Source: an uncultured Trueperaceae bacterium
GTDB taxonomy: Bacteria; Deinococcota; Deinococci; Deinococcales; Trueperaceae
DNA length: 64,000 bases
Direction: 5' to 3'
Assembly: GCA_963815215.1 (NCBI GenBank)
Contig: CAWFFU010000010.1
Location: 1-64,000 of the forward strand
The stretch's first letter is position 1; each line of letters opens with the position of its first letter. Positions 1 through 10,063 of this stretch are shown here, one piece after another. Under the pieces are notes generated by a model. That model worked only from the letters and a program-made list of their open reading frames with translations, was not told the DNA's origin and did not search any database. Made by a program: the position numbers and the translations under genes.

Positions 1-536
1 CTGCCCGGGCGCCTCGGCGAACCCGGAGAGTTCATGCTGTCGAGCCGAGAAGGTGGATGGCATGGTCATCGGTTGCGTTTCCATGCCTGTAAGTGTCGCG
101 TGCAGCGGGGTTGCCGCCGTAGTGAGCAGCGTCATGGCGCAGGGGTGACATCTGTCATGGCCGTCATCGGCAGAACCGGGCCCGGAACGTCCCTGGGCAT
201 GTGGCCGCCGATCCGCGTGTTCTACGCGCTCGCGAGACGGGCGCCGTGGCCGATGCTGCGCAGCGTGCAGCGCACGATGACCGACCCGGACCGAAACTCC
301 ACCCCACAGAATGTGCAGCGCATGCGGCCGGCCGACGCGGCGCTGGTGGCGTGACGGCTCCGGCGGAGGCCCGGGGCCGTGGGGAGCGTCGTAGGCTGGG
401 CGTAGGGAGGGGTGCCATCCGTCGGCTCGTCAGGAACGCGCCCGCGGCCGACCGCCGGTAGGGGCGGTGCGGCCGCGGTGGGCCCTGGTTGGCTGTCGAC
501 GGCGCGTTCGGGTCGCGCGGTGTGGTGCCCCCAACT

Positions 537-755
537 TCACGCCTTGACGAGGCGGTAGAGCCAGCGTGGTGTGGGGTCCGGGCGGGCGGGTCCGGCGCTG
601 CGCGTTGGGTTGCGCTTGGGCTCGGCGGCCTGCCTGCGGGTGGATTCGGCGATCTCGCTGCGGTCCGGGCGGCGGCGCGCCTGGCGGCGGTAGTCGGCGG
701 AGCGTCGGAAGTCCGCGTAGCGTTCCATCCTGGCGCGCATCTCGGTGTGGGCCAT
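537..755 (-). CDS. Small Arg-rich hypothetical protein (72 aa)
   Basis: ORF MAHTEMRARMERYADF... with strong RBS (GAAGGAGGAAGG) directly upstream of the ATG at 755. Confidence 0.55.
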   Translation of the reverse strand: MAHTEMRARMERYADFRRSADYRRQARRRPDRSEIAESTRRQAAEPKRNPTRSAGPARPDPTPRWLYRLVKA

Positions 756-950
756 GGCCTTCCTCCTTCGTGCCTCCACCATGCGGCGGTGTCTACTGGA
801 GCCGAAAGGGATGGAGTCAAGTAGGGGACGGTGCGTCTCGTTCGGCTGCGTTCCCGGGCGGCCGGAGGCGCGCGCGGCGCGCGCGCGGAGCGCTGAGGGT
901 CGCGGCTAGGGGACCGCCGCTACCGCTTGCCTGACGCGGGTCGGCCACGG

Positions 951-979
951 TTGACCGCCCCCTGACGGCCGAGTAGACT
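951..979 (+). promoter_or_regulatory. Sigma70-type promoter of tRNA-Val
   Basis: TTGACC (951-956), 17-nt spacer, TAGACT (974-979), ending 14 nt before the tRNA 5' end. Confidence 0.75.
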
Positions 980-993
980 ACGTAACGCGTCGC

Positions 994-1068
994 GGGCGGT
1001 TAGCTCAGCGGAAGAGCACTCGCTTCACACGCGAGGGGTCGTAGGTTCAAATCCTATACCGCCCACCA
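994..1068 (+). tRNA. tRNA-Val (anticodon CAC), CCA encoded
   Basis: GGGCGGT/ACCGCCC acceptor stem, TAGCTCAG D-arm start, CTCGC-TTCACAC-GCGAG anticodon arm, GGTTCAAATCC T-loop, ACCA end; 75 nt. Confidence 0.97.
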
Positions 1069-1092
1069 CAGAGATAGCGTCACAGACGCAAC

Positions 1093-1128
1093 CGCCGTCG
1101 GCTCTGATTCGGAGTCGGCGGCGTTCTT
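1093..1128 (+). terminator. Hairpin terminator-like element after the tRNA (type-A right flank)
   Basis: CGCCGTCGGCTC...GAGTCGGCGGCG stem followed by TTCTT; homologous hairpins at 10088, 14716, 47847. Confidence 0.65.
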
Positions 1129-1232
1129 GGCGGAAGTGGCAGCCGATCGGAGACGAGGCAACGCCCGGTGCGACCTTCGCTCCGGGCGTTCTAGCTGGGG
1201 CCGGCGGCTGGCGGCGAGCGGGTGCCGGTGAG

Positions 1233-1457
1233 CTATGCGTCGTCATTCAGGCTGCGCCGGGCCGTCGCTGGGGTGGTGGGTTTCGCGGTAGCGAAGCGCC
1301 GTACGAAGGCGGCCATTGCGGTCGAGAATCCACGTCGCACGCTGCTGGGGGCGTTGTGCCGGGTGGCGGTGCGCGCCAGCTGTTCCCGCGCTGCGGTCCG
1401 CGTCAGGTCGTTGCGTCGGTACGTGGCGATCTGTCTTGCACTCCATGCGCTCTTCAT
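1233..1457 (-). CDS. Small hypothetical protein (74 aa), divergent from the XRE-ATPase regulator
   Basis: ORF MKSAWSARQIATYRRNDL... with RBS AAGGAGAGGAAGG. Confidence 0.5.
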   Translation of the reverse strand: MKSAWSARQIATYRRNDLTRTAAREQLARTATRHNAPSSVRRGFSTAMAAFVRRFATAKPTTPATARRSLNDDA

Positions 1458-1631
1458 CTTTGGCCTTCCTCTCCTTCACGAGTGCTGCTCGCGATGCAGT
1501 CATTTCAGCGTGTGGGAGGCGCCTTCGGGTCGCCCTGGTCGTGACCGCAGGGGAGACAGCGAGGGTGACAGGCGGTGCTACAATCGCGCCCGTAGGCTCC
1601 AGAAAGGCATCCGGGGGAGGGATGGGTACGC

Positions 1632-4600
1632 GTGGACACGCCCAGCGAGGACGCTCTGTTCGGCCCTTGGTTGCGGCGTCGGCGGAAGGTCCTCGATCTG
1701 ACGCAGAAGGAGCTCGCGCGTCGCGTGGGGTGCTCCCCCGCGACGATCCGTAAGGTCGAGGCTGACGACCGTCATCCCTCGCGTCATCTGGCGCGCGTGT
1801 TGGCGGGTGTGTTGGGGGTTCCGGAGCCGGAGCTCGAGGCGTTCGTCCGCTTCGCGCGTGGCGGCTGGGCGGATCGTCCGCCGACCAGCGCAGTGCCGGA
1901 CTTCGATCGCCCTTGGCTCGGCGGGGCGATGTCCGGTGAGGTGCCCCTGACTGCGGCGGAACCGGCAAACGGGACGCCGGAGGATGAGGCGGAGCACGTT
2001 CCTGAGGCGCCGCGCATCGTAGCTCGCGAGCGTGAGTTGGAGCGCCTCGATCGGGAGCTGGAGCATGCGCTTGGCGGCAACGGCCGCGTCGTGCTCGTCT
2101 CCGGTCAGCCGGGGCAGGGCAAGACGGCGTTGATGACAGCGTTCGCGGCGCGGGCGCAGGCCGCGCACCCGGAGTTGCTGGTGGCGGTGGGGACCTGCAA
2201 CGCGTACACGGGGCGTGGCGATCCGTTCCTGCCGTTCCGTCAGATCTTGGCGCAGTTCACGGGTGAGGTGCCCGCGGGCTCGCATCTCGATGCGTTCCAG
2301 CGCGAGCGCGCCGCGCGCCTGACGCGTGCGGTGCCCAGAGCGGCCGACATCCTCGTGCGCAAGGGGCCTCACCTGCTCGACAGCCTGGTGCCTGTGGCGG
2401 CACTGGGCGCGCGCATGCAGCAGGCTGGCGTTGCTCTGCCTCCGCTGCCCGCTACCGCTGGCTCGATGCCGGGTGCGGCGAGCATGGTGCAGCCGGGGGG
2501 CGAGAATCAGCGAGCGTTGCGTTCCGAGACCGCCGCCACCCTGGCGGCCCTGGCCGAGGACGCTCCGTTGTTGTTGGTGCTCGATGACCTGCACTGGTTG
2601 GACGACAGCTCCGCGGAGCTGTTGTTGCATCTGACTTCGGTGGTTGCGGGGCACCGTGTGCTGGTGTTGGGGGCATTCCGGCCTGCAGACCTGCAGATGT
2701 CCGGCTCAAGCGGGGCCCGCGTGTCGCATCCTCTGGTCGAGCTGGCGCAGTCGGGCGCGACCACGATCGACGTGGGTCGCAGCGACGGTCGAGCCTTCGT
2801 GGATTCCTGGGTCGACCGCGAAGCGAACGCGCTCGATGAGGACTTCCGTGCTGCCCTGGTGCGGCAGACGGGTGGGCATCCGCTGTTCACGATCGAGTTG
2901 CTAAGGGCCATGCGGGAGCGGGGGGATCTCGTCAAGGACGAGGCGGGCCGGTGGTCGGCCGCGCCGGACCTGCACTGGAATCAGGTACCGGACCGGATCG
3001 CCGACGCTCTGGCGGCGCGGGTCGGGCGTCTCGATGCCGCTGCCCGGGACGTCTTGAGGGTGGCGAGCGTGGAGGGTGAAGTGTTCACGGCGGAGGTGGC
3101 CGCCAGGCTGTTGGGGCTGGAACCGCGGCAGGCGGTCGCTTCGCTGGGTTCGGTGCTCGATCGCGGTCACCGCCTGGTGGCGGCGGTGGACGTGCAACGC
3201 GTCGCGGGCGGCCTCGTCTCTCGTTACGCCTTCCGGCACAACCTGATCCAGCGCTACGTCTACGACACCATCGATGTCGGCGAACGGGCGTACCTGCATG
3301 AAGGTGTCGCCTCTGCGCTGGAGGCGGTGTTCGGGGACGACGCCGATCCCGTGGCGCTCGCCTACCACTACACGCAGGCGCGGTCGCCGGAGAGGGCGGC
3401 GCGTCACTACCGGAAGGCGGGGGACCGGGCGCGCAGGGCTCACGCCATCGGTCAGGCGATCGCTTACTACCAGGCCGCGCTCGAGCACTGGCCCGAGGAG
3501 GAGCCCCTCGCGCGAGCGGCCCTCCTGCGTGATCTCGGCGAGTGTCAAGTCATCCGGGGTTGGGAGGAGGACGCCGGGCGCAGCCTCAACGAGGCCCGCG
3601 ACCTGTTCGAGGCGGCGGGTGACGTGCGGCAGGTGGGGCACGCGGACCGCTACCTCGCCCAGCTCGCCATCGGTCGCGGGGACGTGGCAGGTGCGGCCGC
3701 TGCTGCTCGTCGCGCCGTCGCCATGCTGGAACCGTTGGGCGACTCCGCCGAACTGGCGAGCGCCTTGTTCGTCAGAGGCTACTGCCACGTGCTCGTAGCG
3801 GAGTGGGAGGAGGCGGTGCCGTTGGCCGAGCGCGCCCTGGCCATGGCCGAGCGTGTGGACGCCCCCGCTGTTCTGGCCGAAGCCATGCTCTGCCTGGGCA
3901 GCGCCCTGGGCTACCTGGACCCGCACCGTTTCGACGAGAGCGTAGCGCTCCTCGAGCGCAGCAGCGAACTCTCCGACGAACAGGGCAACCCGATGATCGC
4001 GAGTCTCGCGCGACTCAATCTGGGGTATCATCTCGCGAGGATCGGGCGATACCGGGAGGTCCGCCTTAGCTGGGAAGCGGCCCTCGAGTACGCTCGTCGC
4101 CACCAGGCCACCACGTTCGAGACCTACGCGCTGGAGTGTCTCTGTTCGTACGCGTGGCGCCACGGCGACTGGTCGCGGGCCTTCGAGCTTTGGCGGCAGC
4201 TCCTCCAGCGCCGCGATGGCGTGGACCCTTCGGAGCACGACGGGCTGTTCGCGGATCAGGGGGTGATGTTCGCCGCGTTCGAGGCGGACCTGGGGAACCA
4301 CGATCGCGCTCTGGCCATGCTGGGGGCGCGCGACGACGCGCTTCGGCGTTTGCCCCGGGTCGGCTATCGCCTCCCCGCACTTGCCGTCTACCTTCGTGCC
4401 CATGTGGGTCTGGGCCGGAGCGACGAAGCGGATCGAGACGCCGAGGCGATCGCCGATGCCCTCGCTCCGGCGCTCTTGCCCAGTGCCAACATCACGGCCG
4501 TGTTGGAGGCGCTGCAGCACCTGGTGCAGCGGAGTCGCGAGGACGCCGGTCCCCGCATCACGACCTGCTTGCAGGTCCTGGAGCGCTTCGCGCGGCACTT

Positions 4601-4922
4601 CGAGTCGTCCCAGGCGAACGCCTCCCTCGAGGAAGCGCGGGCTCTGGTGGCAGCGTCGGCCGGCGCGTTCGAAGAGTCCGCGGACCGCAACCTCGCCGCC
4701 GCGGATGCGTGGCAGGCCGGCACCTTCCCCCTCTGGGAAGCGAGGGCTCGCGTCGCGGCCGCGCACGCCTTGCGGCGCCTTGGCCGCGAGGACGAAGTCG
4801 AGAGCCTTCTGGAGCGCGCGCGGGAACTTCTTTCGGGCCTCGCCGGGCAGATCCCCGATGACGAGCGCCGGGCCTCGTTCGCGCGCGTCATTGAAGCCAT
4901 GCTCGCGGCAAGTGCGGCCTGA
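1632..4922 (+). CDS. XRE-HTH + AAA/STAND ATPase + TPR transcriptional regulator
   Basis: N-terminal LRRRRKVLDLTQKELARRVGCSPATIRKVE (HTH-XRE), Walker A GQPGQGKT, Walker B LLLVLDDLHWLD, C-terminal TPR-like helices. Confidence 0.9.
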   Translation: MDTPSEDALFGPWLRRRRKVLDLTQKELARRVGCSPATIRKVEADDRHPSRHLARVLAGVLGVPEPELEAFVRFARGGWADRPPTSAVPDFDRPWLGGAMSGEVPLTAAEPANGTPEDEAEHVPEAPRIVARERELERLDRELEHALGGNGRVVLVSGQPGQGKTALMTAFAARAQAAHPELLVAVGTCNAYTGRGDPFLPFRQILAQFTGEVPAGSHLDAFQRERAARLTRAVPRAADILVRKGPHLLDSLVPVAALGARMQQAGVALPPLPATAGSMPGAASMVQPGGENQRALRSETAATLAALAEDAPLLLVLDDLHWLDDSSAELLLHLTSVVAGHRVLVLGAFRPADLQMSGSSGARVSHPLVELAQSGATTIDVGRSDGRAFVDSWVDREANALDEDFRAALVRQTGGHPLFTIELLRAMRERGDLVKDEAGRWSAAPDLHWNQVPDRIADALAARVGRLDAAARDVLRVASVEGEVFTAEVAARLLGLEPRQAVASLGSVLDRGHRLVAAVDVQRVAGGLVSRYAFRHNLIQRYVYDTIDVGERAYLHEGVASALEAVFGDDADPVALAYHYTQARSPERAARHYRKAGDRARRAHAIGQAIAYYQAALEHWPEEEPLARAALLRDLGECQVIRGWEEDAGRSLNEARDLFEAAGDVRQVGHADRYLAQLAIGRGDVAGAAAAARRAVAMLEPLGDSAELASALFVRGYCHVLVAEWEEAVPLAERALAMAERVDAPAVLAEAMLCLGSALGYLDPHRFDESVALLERSSELSDEQGNPMIASLARLNLGYHLARIGRYREVRLSWEAALEYARRHQATTFETYALECLCSYAWRHGDWSRAFELWRQLLQRRDGVDPSEHDGLFADQGVMFAAFEADLGNHDRALAMLGARDDALRRLPRVGYRLPALAVYLRAHVGLGRSDEADRDAEAIADALAPALLPSANITAVLEALQHLVQRSREDAGPRITTCLQVLERFARHFESSQANASLEEARALVAASAGAFEESADRNLAAADAWQAGTFPLWEARARVAAAHALRRLGREDEVESLLERARELLSGLAGQIPDDERRASFARVIEAMLAASAA

Positions 4923-4971
4923 CAGGACTCGGGCTCGAACGCCAAGGCGGCGGCAAGCGCGAGCTGCCATG

Positions 4972-4992
4972 TGACAGCCAATGGACAGCCAA
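4972..4992 (+). repeat. Putative integrase arm-type site (tandem 11-bp-period repeat), 136 bp before att copy 2
   Basis: TGACAGCCAATGGACAGCCAA; near-identical at 10132, 14511, 26623, 47891. Confidence 0.7.
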
Positions 4993-5107
4993 GCCCGAGA
5001 TTCGGGACGGTAGCGAGCGGTACGGCGCAACGGCGTAGTGTCGAGTGATGGCGTGAGGGACGCCAATGTGGGATGTGCCGTGATGAGCCAGGACGGCTCC
5101 AGCGCAG

Positions 5108-5153
5108 TTCACACGCGAGGGGGTCACTGGTTCAACTCCAGTACCGCCCACCA
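5108..5153 (+). repeat. att copy 2: tRNA-Val 3' half with variant T-stem
   Basis: TTCACACGCGAGGGGGTCACTGGTTCAACTCCAGTACCGCCCACCA; no tRNA 5' half upstream. Confidence 0.9.
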
Positions 5154-5431
5154 CGACTAGGCCCCGTCCGTGACAGTTGGCATCATCCGCCGCACGCGAG
5201 CACGTGCAACGCAGTCGATCCGAACCTCGGGGGCGTCGCACGTTCGTGTGCGGGACCGACCGCCGGCGGAAGCGCATGGGGGTCGTAGGGGCCGATGCCT
5301 CCCCGCAAAGATCTCGGCCCGGCGCACGGCTCAAACGTGCGCCGCCGAACTGGCGTGCGTGGAACACGGTGGCAGCCCATCCAGATACGCCGAGGGCGGA
5401 TGTGCTGTCACGTCCGATCGTGCCCGCGTCT

Positions 5432-5779
5432 TCATTGCCGTCCGCGACGGTACTCGACCAGCTTCACGACGTCCACGGCGAACGCGCTGAGGGCCACACT
5501 CGCGAAGAGCAGGGCCGCCAGCCAGACGTGCGGCGCCTCCAGCAGAACCAGGACGAACACGCCGAGCACCAGCACCGTCATGACACGGTAGCCAACACGC
5601 TCGGCGCGCCGAGCGATGCGCTCGTCGTGGGCCGTCCGCTGGAGACTCTGTGCGACCGTGCGGCCGCCAGCCAGGGTCGCGAGGATGGAACTGCCGATGG
5701 CGGTAGTGACGGCGCCTACGACCGTGAGGCCGATCCACGCTAGCGCTCGGAACCACGTGAGCTTCTCCTCGAACGACAT
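5432..5779 (-). CDS. Small membrane protein (DUF2178-like)
   Basis: MSFEEKLTW..., three hydrophobic segments, HDERIARRA motif, RBS AGAAGGA. Confidence 0.6.
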   Translation of the reverse strand: MSFEEKLTWFRALAWIGLTVVGAVTTAIGSSILATLAGGRTVAQSLQRTAHDERIARRAERVGYRVMTVLVLGVFVLVLLEAPHVWLAALLFASVALSAFAVDVVKLVEYRRGRQ

Positions 5780-5954
5780 GACGGTGGTCCTTCTGTGGTT
5801 CGGTTCCTGTCCGGCGGCCGGATGCGGGACAGAGGCCGAGGTCGGGCGCCCAGCCATCGTGCGAACGGTGGCAGCCATGCGGCCACCGTTCGCAGTGCGG
5901 ACGTGTGGGGCGGGTCGGGATGGCGTGCTGCCGATTCCCGTTTCGGGTAGGGGC

Positions 5955-6647
5955 TCAGGGCCTGCTGGGGACTGCAACGGGGCGGGCCTCGCGGGCCGCT
6001 TCGGCACCCCGTGCCAGCACGACGCCCAGCCACGTGAACCACACGATCTGCCCCAGCCCGAACACGAGGCCTACGGGCTCGAGAGCCGGAAGCAGCGTGA
6101 CCAGGCCGGCTGCGCCGACCACGACGCCCACCAGGTTGAGCGCACGTGGCAACGCACGCTGGCGCAGGGCTGCCACGCTCACGAGGAGCGTCCAAAGGCC
6201 CCCGACGAGCTCGTTGCCGCCGCCAAGGCCGTTCTGTACCGCCGCGATGGCCGTCCAGGCGGCGCCTGCAGCGGTCGGGTCGGTGCCGTGCAGATCGACG
6301 ACGGCCGCCGTGCCAACGTTGAAGATCATGCCGCTCGCGAGCACGAGCCCGGCCCAGAGCAGCCCGAAAGCGGTGGCGACGCGCGCGAGATCCGGCGATG
6401 CCGGGCGGATACGCTCGTGCAGCGCCAGGCTCAACACGACGAGCGCGATGCCGAACAGGATCAGGATGACCTGGTTCCACAAGTAGATCGTCGCGCGGTG
6501 CTCGGCGAAGAACGCGACGGTCTGGACGGGGTCCAACGCGCCGGTCATGTAGGGCGCCAGGACACTGAAGCCGAGCGCGATTCCGAAGGTATAGGCGGCG
6601 GCCTCGAACAGGGCGGCGTAGCCGCCCCAGCTCTGCAATCGGTTCAT
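5955..6647 (-). CDS. DUF4386-family membrane protein
   Basis: MNRLQSWGGYAALFEAAAY..., GLGGGNELVGGLW motif, several TM helices, RBS GAGGAGGAG. Confidence 0.8.
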   Translation of the reverse strand: MNRLQSWGGYAALFEAAAYTFGIALGFSVLAPYMTGALDPVQTVAFFAEHRATIYLWNQVILILFGIALVVLSLALHERIRPASPDLARVATAFGLLWAGLVLASGMIFNVGTAAVVDLHGTDPTAAGAAWTAIAAVQNGLGGGNELVGGLWTLLVSVAALRQRALPRALNLVGVVVGAAGLVTLLPALEPVGLVFGLGQIVWFTWLGVVLARGAEAAREARPVAVPSRP

Positions 6648-6741
6648 GGGGCTCCTCCTCGGGGAAGCAGCGGAGCGCCAAGGCGCTCCTGCAAGGCGTG
6701 CGGTCGGGGCGCAGCGCGCCCGTCGGCCGTGGGACTGTGCG

Positions 6742-7005
6742 TCACCTCCGATCTTCGTCGCCGGGCGGTCCGGGAGCGCTATCCGGCTCTGCGACGGCGC
6801 CATCGGTGCGGACGACCGACAGGAGCGGAGCGCCCAGGTCCCGGACCCGATTCAACACGCCGTAGAGCGCGGCCTGGTCGGGCACGTCGACGGTGAAGGT
6901 CGTGGTTCCGTTCGCCTCGCGCACGAGCCGGGCTGCGCCGAATGCGCGGGCCCAGACGTCGTCGAGGTGGCCGCGGACCCGCATGAGGTAGGTCATGGCT
7001 TCCAC
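6742..7005 (-). CDS. Conserved small ACT-like protein typical of MalT/LuxR loci
   Basis: RVRGHLDDVWA...PDQAALYGVLNRVRDLGAPLLSV signature. Confidence 0.8.
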   Translation of the reverse strand: MEAMTYLMRVRGHLDDVWARAFGAARLVREANGTTTFTVDVPDQAALYGVLNRVRDLGAPLLSVVRTDGAVAEPDSAPGPPGDEDRR

Positions 7006-7071
7006 CGCCCGGCGGTTGCGCTCGCAGCTGTCATGTCCGTGAGCGTAGAGCCGTGCCGGTGTTCCCGGGTA

Positions 7072-7085
7072 GACACGAAAGTGTC
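7072..7085. promoter_or_regulatory. Palindrome, possible operator of the MalT-like regulator
   Basis: GACAC-GAAA-GTGTC between the regulator and its downstream genes. Confidence 0.35.
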
Positions 7086-7171
7086 GTTCGGGGGGTGTTG
7101 GTGGGACGTGGAGGCGCTGGGCCGGCCGTGGCGACGCACGCGCTGCAGCGTGGATACGCGCGTCTGGAAGC

Positions 7172-9922
7172 CTAGGAAAGCAGCCCGAGCTCCCGTGCGA
7201 GGGCCACCGCCTCGGTGCGGTTGCGGGCGCCGAGCTTCGCGAAGATGCGCCGGTTGTGCCCCTTGACGGTGTCGACGGAGCGGTAGAGGCGCATCCCGAT
7301 CTCGCGGTTCGAGAGGCCGTCGGCGAGGAGGTGGAGCACCTCGACCTCGCGTCGGCTCAGGGGCTCGGCCGGCTCCGCAAGGGGCGCACGGGGTGCCGAT
7401 GTCGCGGCGCTTGTGCCGGGGCGAACCGGGCTCGGTTCCCGACCGGTGGCCCTGACCGCGTCGAACGCGGCCCGCACGTAGGCGCCTTGGCCCGCGTCCT
7501 CTCCGAGCAGTTGCACCAGGCGGCGCATCGGCGTGCCCTCGTCTGGGAAGCGTTGCAGCCAGCCATCGGGAGCGGCCGCCCGCAACGCCTGCCCGAGCGC
7601 CTCCAGCGCGCCCGTCAGCTCGCCGCGCGCCTCGCGCGCGAGGGCCTGCACGATGCGCACGTCGATTGCGCTGGCGGTGCGTGCGGCGTCCTCGGCCGCG
7701 CGGAGCAGCCGGTCGAGCAGCACGTCGGTGCCGGTCAGCAGGTCGGGGTCGGCTGCTGCGCGCGCCTCGGCGATACGAAGGCGCGCGAGCGTGAGGTGCT
7801 CGTATTCCGTCAAGTAGGACGGCTCCTCTTCGTCGCTCAGGCCGCGCGTCTCGGCCCAGGCAGCGGCAGATCGCAGGTTGCCCTCCGCCAGACGCAGGCG
7901 GGCCCGCCACGCGGCGAACGGCCGCACGTCGGGGATGGGATGGCGTGTCTGCCGCTTCTCGGCGTCGTCGAGCACGGCGATGGCGCCGGCGAGGTCGCCG
8001 TTGGATTGACGGAAGCGCGCGCGGGCAGACGCCCAGCGCCGCAGCCACGGTGGGAAGGCCGGCAACTCGCCCAGCGCCTCGGCCCGTGCAAGGTGATGCT
8101 GTGCCTCGTCCTGGACGCCGCGTTCGACCAGGAGTTCGCTCAGTCCGAGGTGAAGCACCGCACGCTCGCGTAGCTCGGGGCCACCGGCTTGCTTCACCCG
8201 CTCGAGCGTCTCGCGGTAGGTCCGGATGCCTTCGGTCAGTCGACCCTGCGCCACGAGGATGTCGACGAGGTACGTCGTGAAGCTGCTGACGAATCTCAAG
8301 TTGCCGCTACGCCACATGCCGGCGACGGCCTCGCCCGCGGCTTCGCGTGCCGGTTCGAGTTCGCCTTCCGCCCAACGGGCGAAGGCGAGCATGAGTGCTG
8401 CCAGCGCACGCTCGAAGTCGTCGCGCTCGCGCGACAGCTCGTAGGCGCGTTCGGCTTCCGCGAGCGCCTTCGGCCCGTAGCGTCCCAGGCCCTGCAGACC
8501 GTAGGCCCGTGCGTTCGCGAGGGTCGCCGGCAGGACCTCGTACTCCGGCTCGTTCGTCACGACCATCCCCTGCGCTTCGCGCTCTTGCTCCTCGATGCCC
8601 AGCCAGCGCTCCGCCTCGTACACCCAGTCGAGTGCCGGCTCGAGATCCCCTTCGTTGAGAAGGGCCCAGGCATGCGCGGCGCACAGGACGGGGCGGGCCC
8701 GCACGGTCGACTCCGGCAGTTCGCGCACCCATTGCAGCCACGCCCGGGACCGGTAGCTGCGGTCCATGTCGCGCCAGACGGTCTCGAGGAGTGCTGCGGC
8801 GCGCCCGTGCGCGCCGGCGGCGAGCGCATGCTCGATGGCCTCGGCCGCCATGCCGCACTGCTCGAACCAACGGCTGGCCCGCTCGTGCAAGGTCGGCACG
8901 ACCTCGCCCATCTCCTGCTCCAGGTGTGCCCGAAGCACATCCCGGAACAGGTGGTGGTAGCGGTACCAGAGCCGATGATCGTCGAGTTGAACGACGAAGA
9001 GGTTGTCCCGTTCGAGGGTCTCGAGCAGTGCGCCGCTTCCCTCGCGGTCGGTGACGGCGTCGCACACGTCGCTGCCGAGCCGGTCCAGGATCGAGGTCTG
9101 GAGCAGGAAGATGCGCTGATCGTGGGGCTGGCGCCGCAGCACCTCGTCGACGAGGTAGTCGAAGACGAAGCGGTGGCTGCCGGTGAATGCGGCCACGAAG
9201 GCACTTGTGTCCTCCCTGCCACGCATCGAGAGCGCTGCCATCTGCAGGCCCGCGATCCATCCTTCGGTGCGGCTCTCGAGCGCGTCGACCTCGGCCTCCG
9301 ACAGGTGAAGGCCCATGACGTGTGTGAGGAACTCGGCGGCCTCGGCCGCATCGAAGCGCAGGTCGGCGGCCCGCACCTCCGAGAGCTGTCCGCGTGCGCG
9401 GAGGCGCGCCAGGGGCAGGCGCGGGTCCTGGCGCGTGGCGATCACGAGGTGAAGTGTGGGCGGGTGGTGCTCGAGCACGAACGTGAGCGCCTCGTCCACC
9501 GCCGGTGCGTTGAGGCTGTGGTAGTCGTCGAGCACCACCGTGATGGGGCGCGCCATACGGTCGATGTCATTGAGCAGTGGCGTCAGCGTGCCCGGCTCAG
9601 GGACCGGGGGTGGCCCCTGCCGGGCCGCGGAGACGTTCGCCCCGAGTGCTGGGTCCACCGTTTGCAGCGCCGCCACGAGGTACGCCATGAACCGCCCGGG
9701 TTCGCTGTCGGCCTCGTCGAGCGATACCCATGCCACAGGCCGTTCTAGCGTGGCGACCCACTCTGCCACGAGCGTCGTCTTACCGAATCCCGCGGGCGCC
9801 GAGACCAACGTGAGCGCGCGCTCCAACCCGCGATCGAGTTGTTCGAGGAGGCGCTTCCGGGCGACGATCTGGTGCCGCCGGTGCGGCACGTACAGCTTCG
9901 TCCCGAGGAGGGGCGCCCGCAT
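7172..9922 (-). CDS. MalT-like ATP-dependent LuxR-family regulator
   Basis: LLGTKLYVP start, Walker A SAPAGFGKTT, LDDYH, WYRYHHLF, C-terminal LuxR HTH LSRREVEVLHLLADGLSNREIG; start reassigned to ATG 9922. Confidence 0.92.
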   Translation of the reverse strand: MRAPLLGTKLYVPHRRHQIVARKRLLEQLDRGLERALTLVSAPAGFGKTTLVAEWVATLERPVAWVSLDEADSEPGRFMAYLVAALQTVDPALGANVSAARQGPPPVPEPGTLTPLLNDIDRMARPITVVLDDYHSLNAPAVDEALTFVLEHHPPTLHLVIATRQDPRLPLARLRARGQLSEVRAADLRFDAAEAAEFLTHVMGLHLSEAEVDALESRTEGWIAGLQMAALSMRGREDTSAFVAAFTGSHRFVFDYLVDEVLRRQPHDQRIFLLQTSILDRLGSDVCDAVTDREGSGALLETLERDNLFVVQLDDHRLWYRYHHLFRDVLRAHLEQEMGEVVPTLHERASRWFEQCGMAAEAIEHALAAGAHGRAAALLETVWRDMDRSYRSRAWLQWVRELPESTVRARPVLCAAHAWALLNEGDLEPALDWVYEAERWLGIEEQEREAQGMVVTNEPEYEVLPATLANARAYGLQGLGRYGPKALAEAERAYELSRERDDFERALAALMLAFARWAEGELEPAREAAGEAVAGMWRSGNLRFVSSFTTYLVDILVAQGRLTEGIRTYRETLERVKQAGGPELRERAVLHLGLSELLVERGVQDEAQHHLARAEALGELPAFPPWLRRWASARARFRQSNGDLAGAIAVLDDAEKRQTRHPIPDVRPFAAWRARLRLAEGNLRSAAAWAETRGLSDEEEPSYLTEYEHLTLARLRIAEARAAADPDLLTGTDVLLDRLLRAAEDAARTASAIDVRIVQALAREARGELTGALEALGQALRAAAPDGWLQRFPDEGTPMRRLVQLLGEDAGQGAYVRAAFDAVRATGREPSPVRPGTSAATSAPRAPLAEPAEPLSRREVEVLHLLADGLSNREIGMRLYRSVDTVKGHNRRIFAKLGARNRTEAVALARELGLLS

Positions 9923-10018
9923 GACTCCAATCATAGACGGGGGAAGTTCCCGTCGTCTGCACCGGTGTGGTCGCACCCTCGGGAAGATCGCCGACCCTTC
10001 GGGATGCAACCGATGGGT

Positions 10019-10063
10019 TTCACACGCGAGGGGTCGTAGGTTCAAATCCTATACCGCCCACCA
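10019..10063 (+). repeat. att copy 3: tRNA-Val 3' half
   Basis: 45 nt identical to 1024-1068. Confidence 0.95.

Noticed and set aside
1..69. Possible 5' end of a minus-strand gene (MTMPSTFSARQHELSGF...) leaving the window
   Set aside because: Only about 23 codons are visible, too few to support a call
7172..10045. ORF-track N-terminal extensions (MalT-like gene into att copy 3; also 16160-18382, 24892-26544, 42118-43683, 54661-58083)
   Set aside because: Family-typical starts and RBSs lie downstream; the extensions run through att sites, other genes or IS remnants
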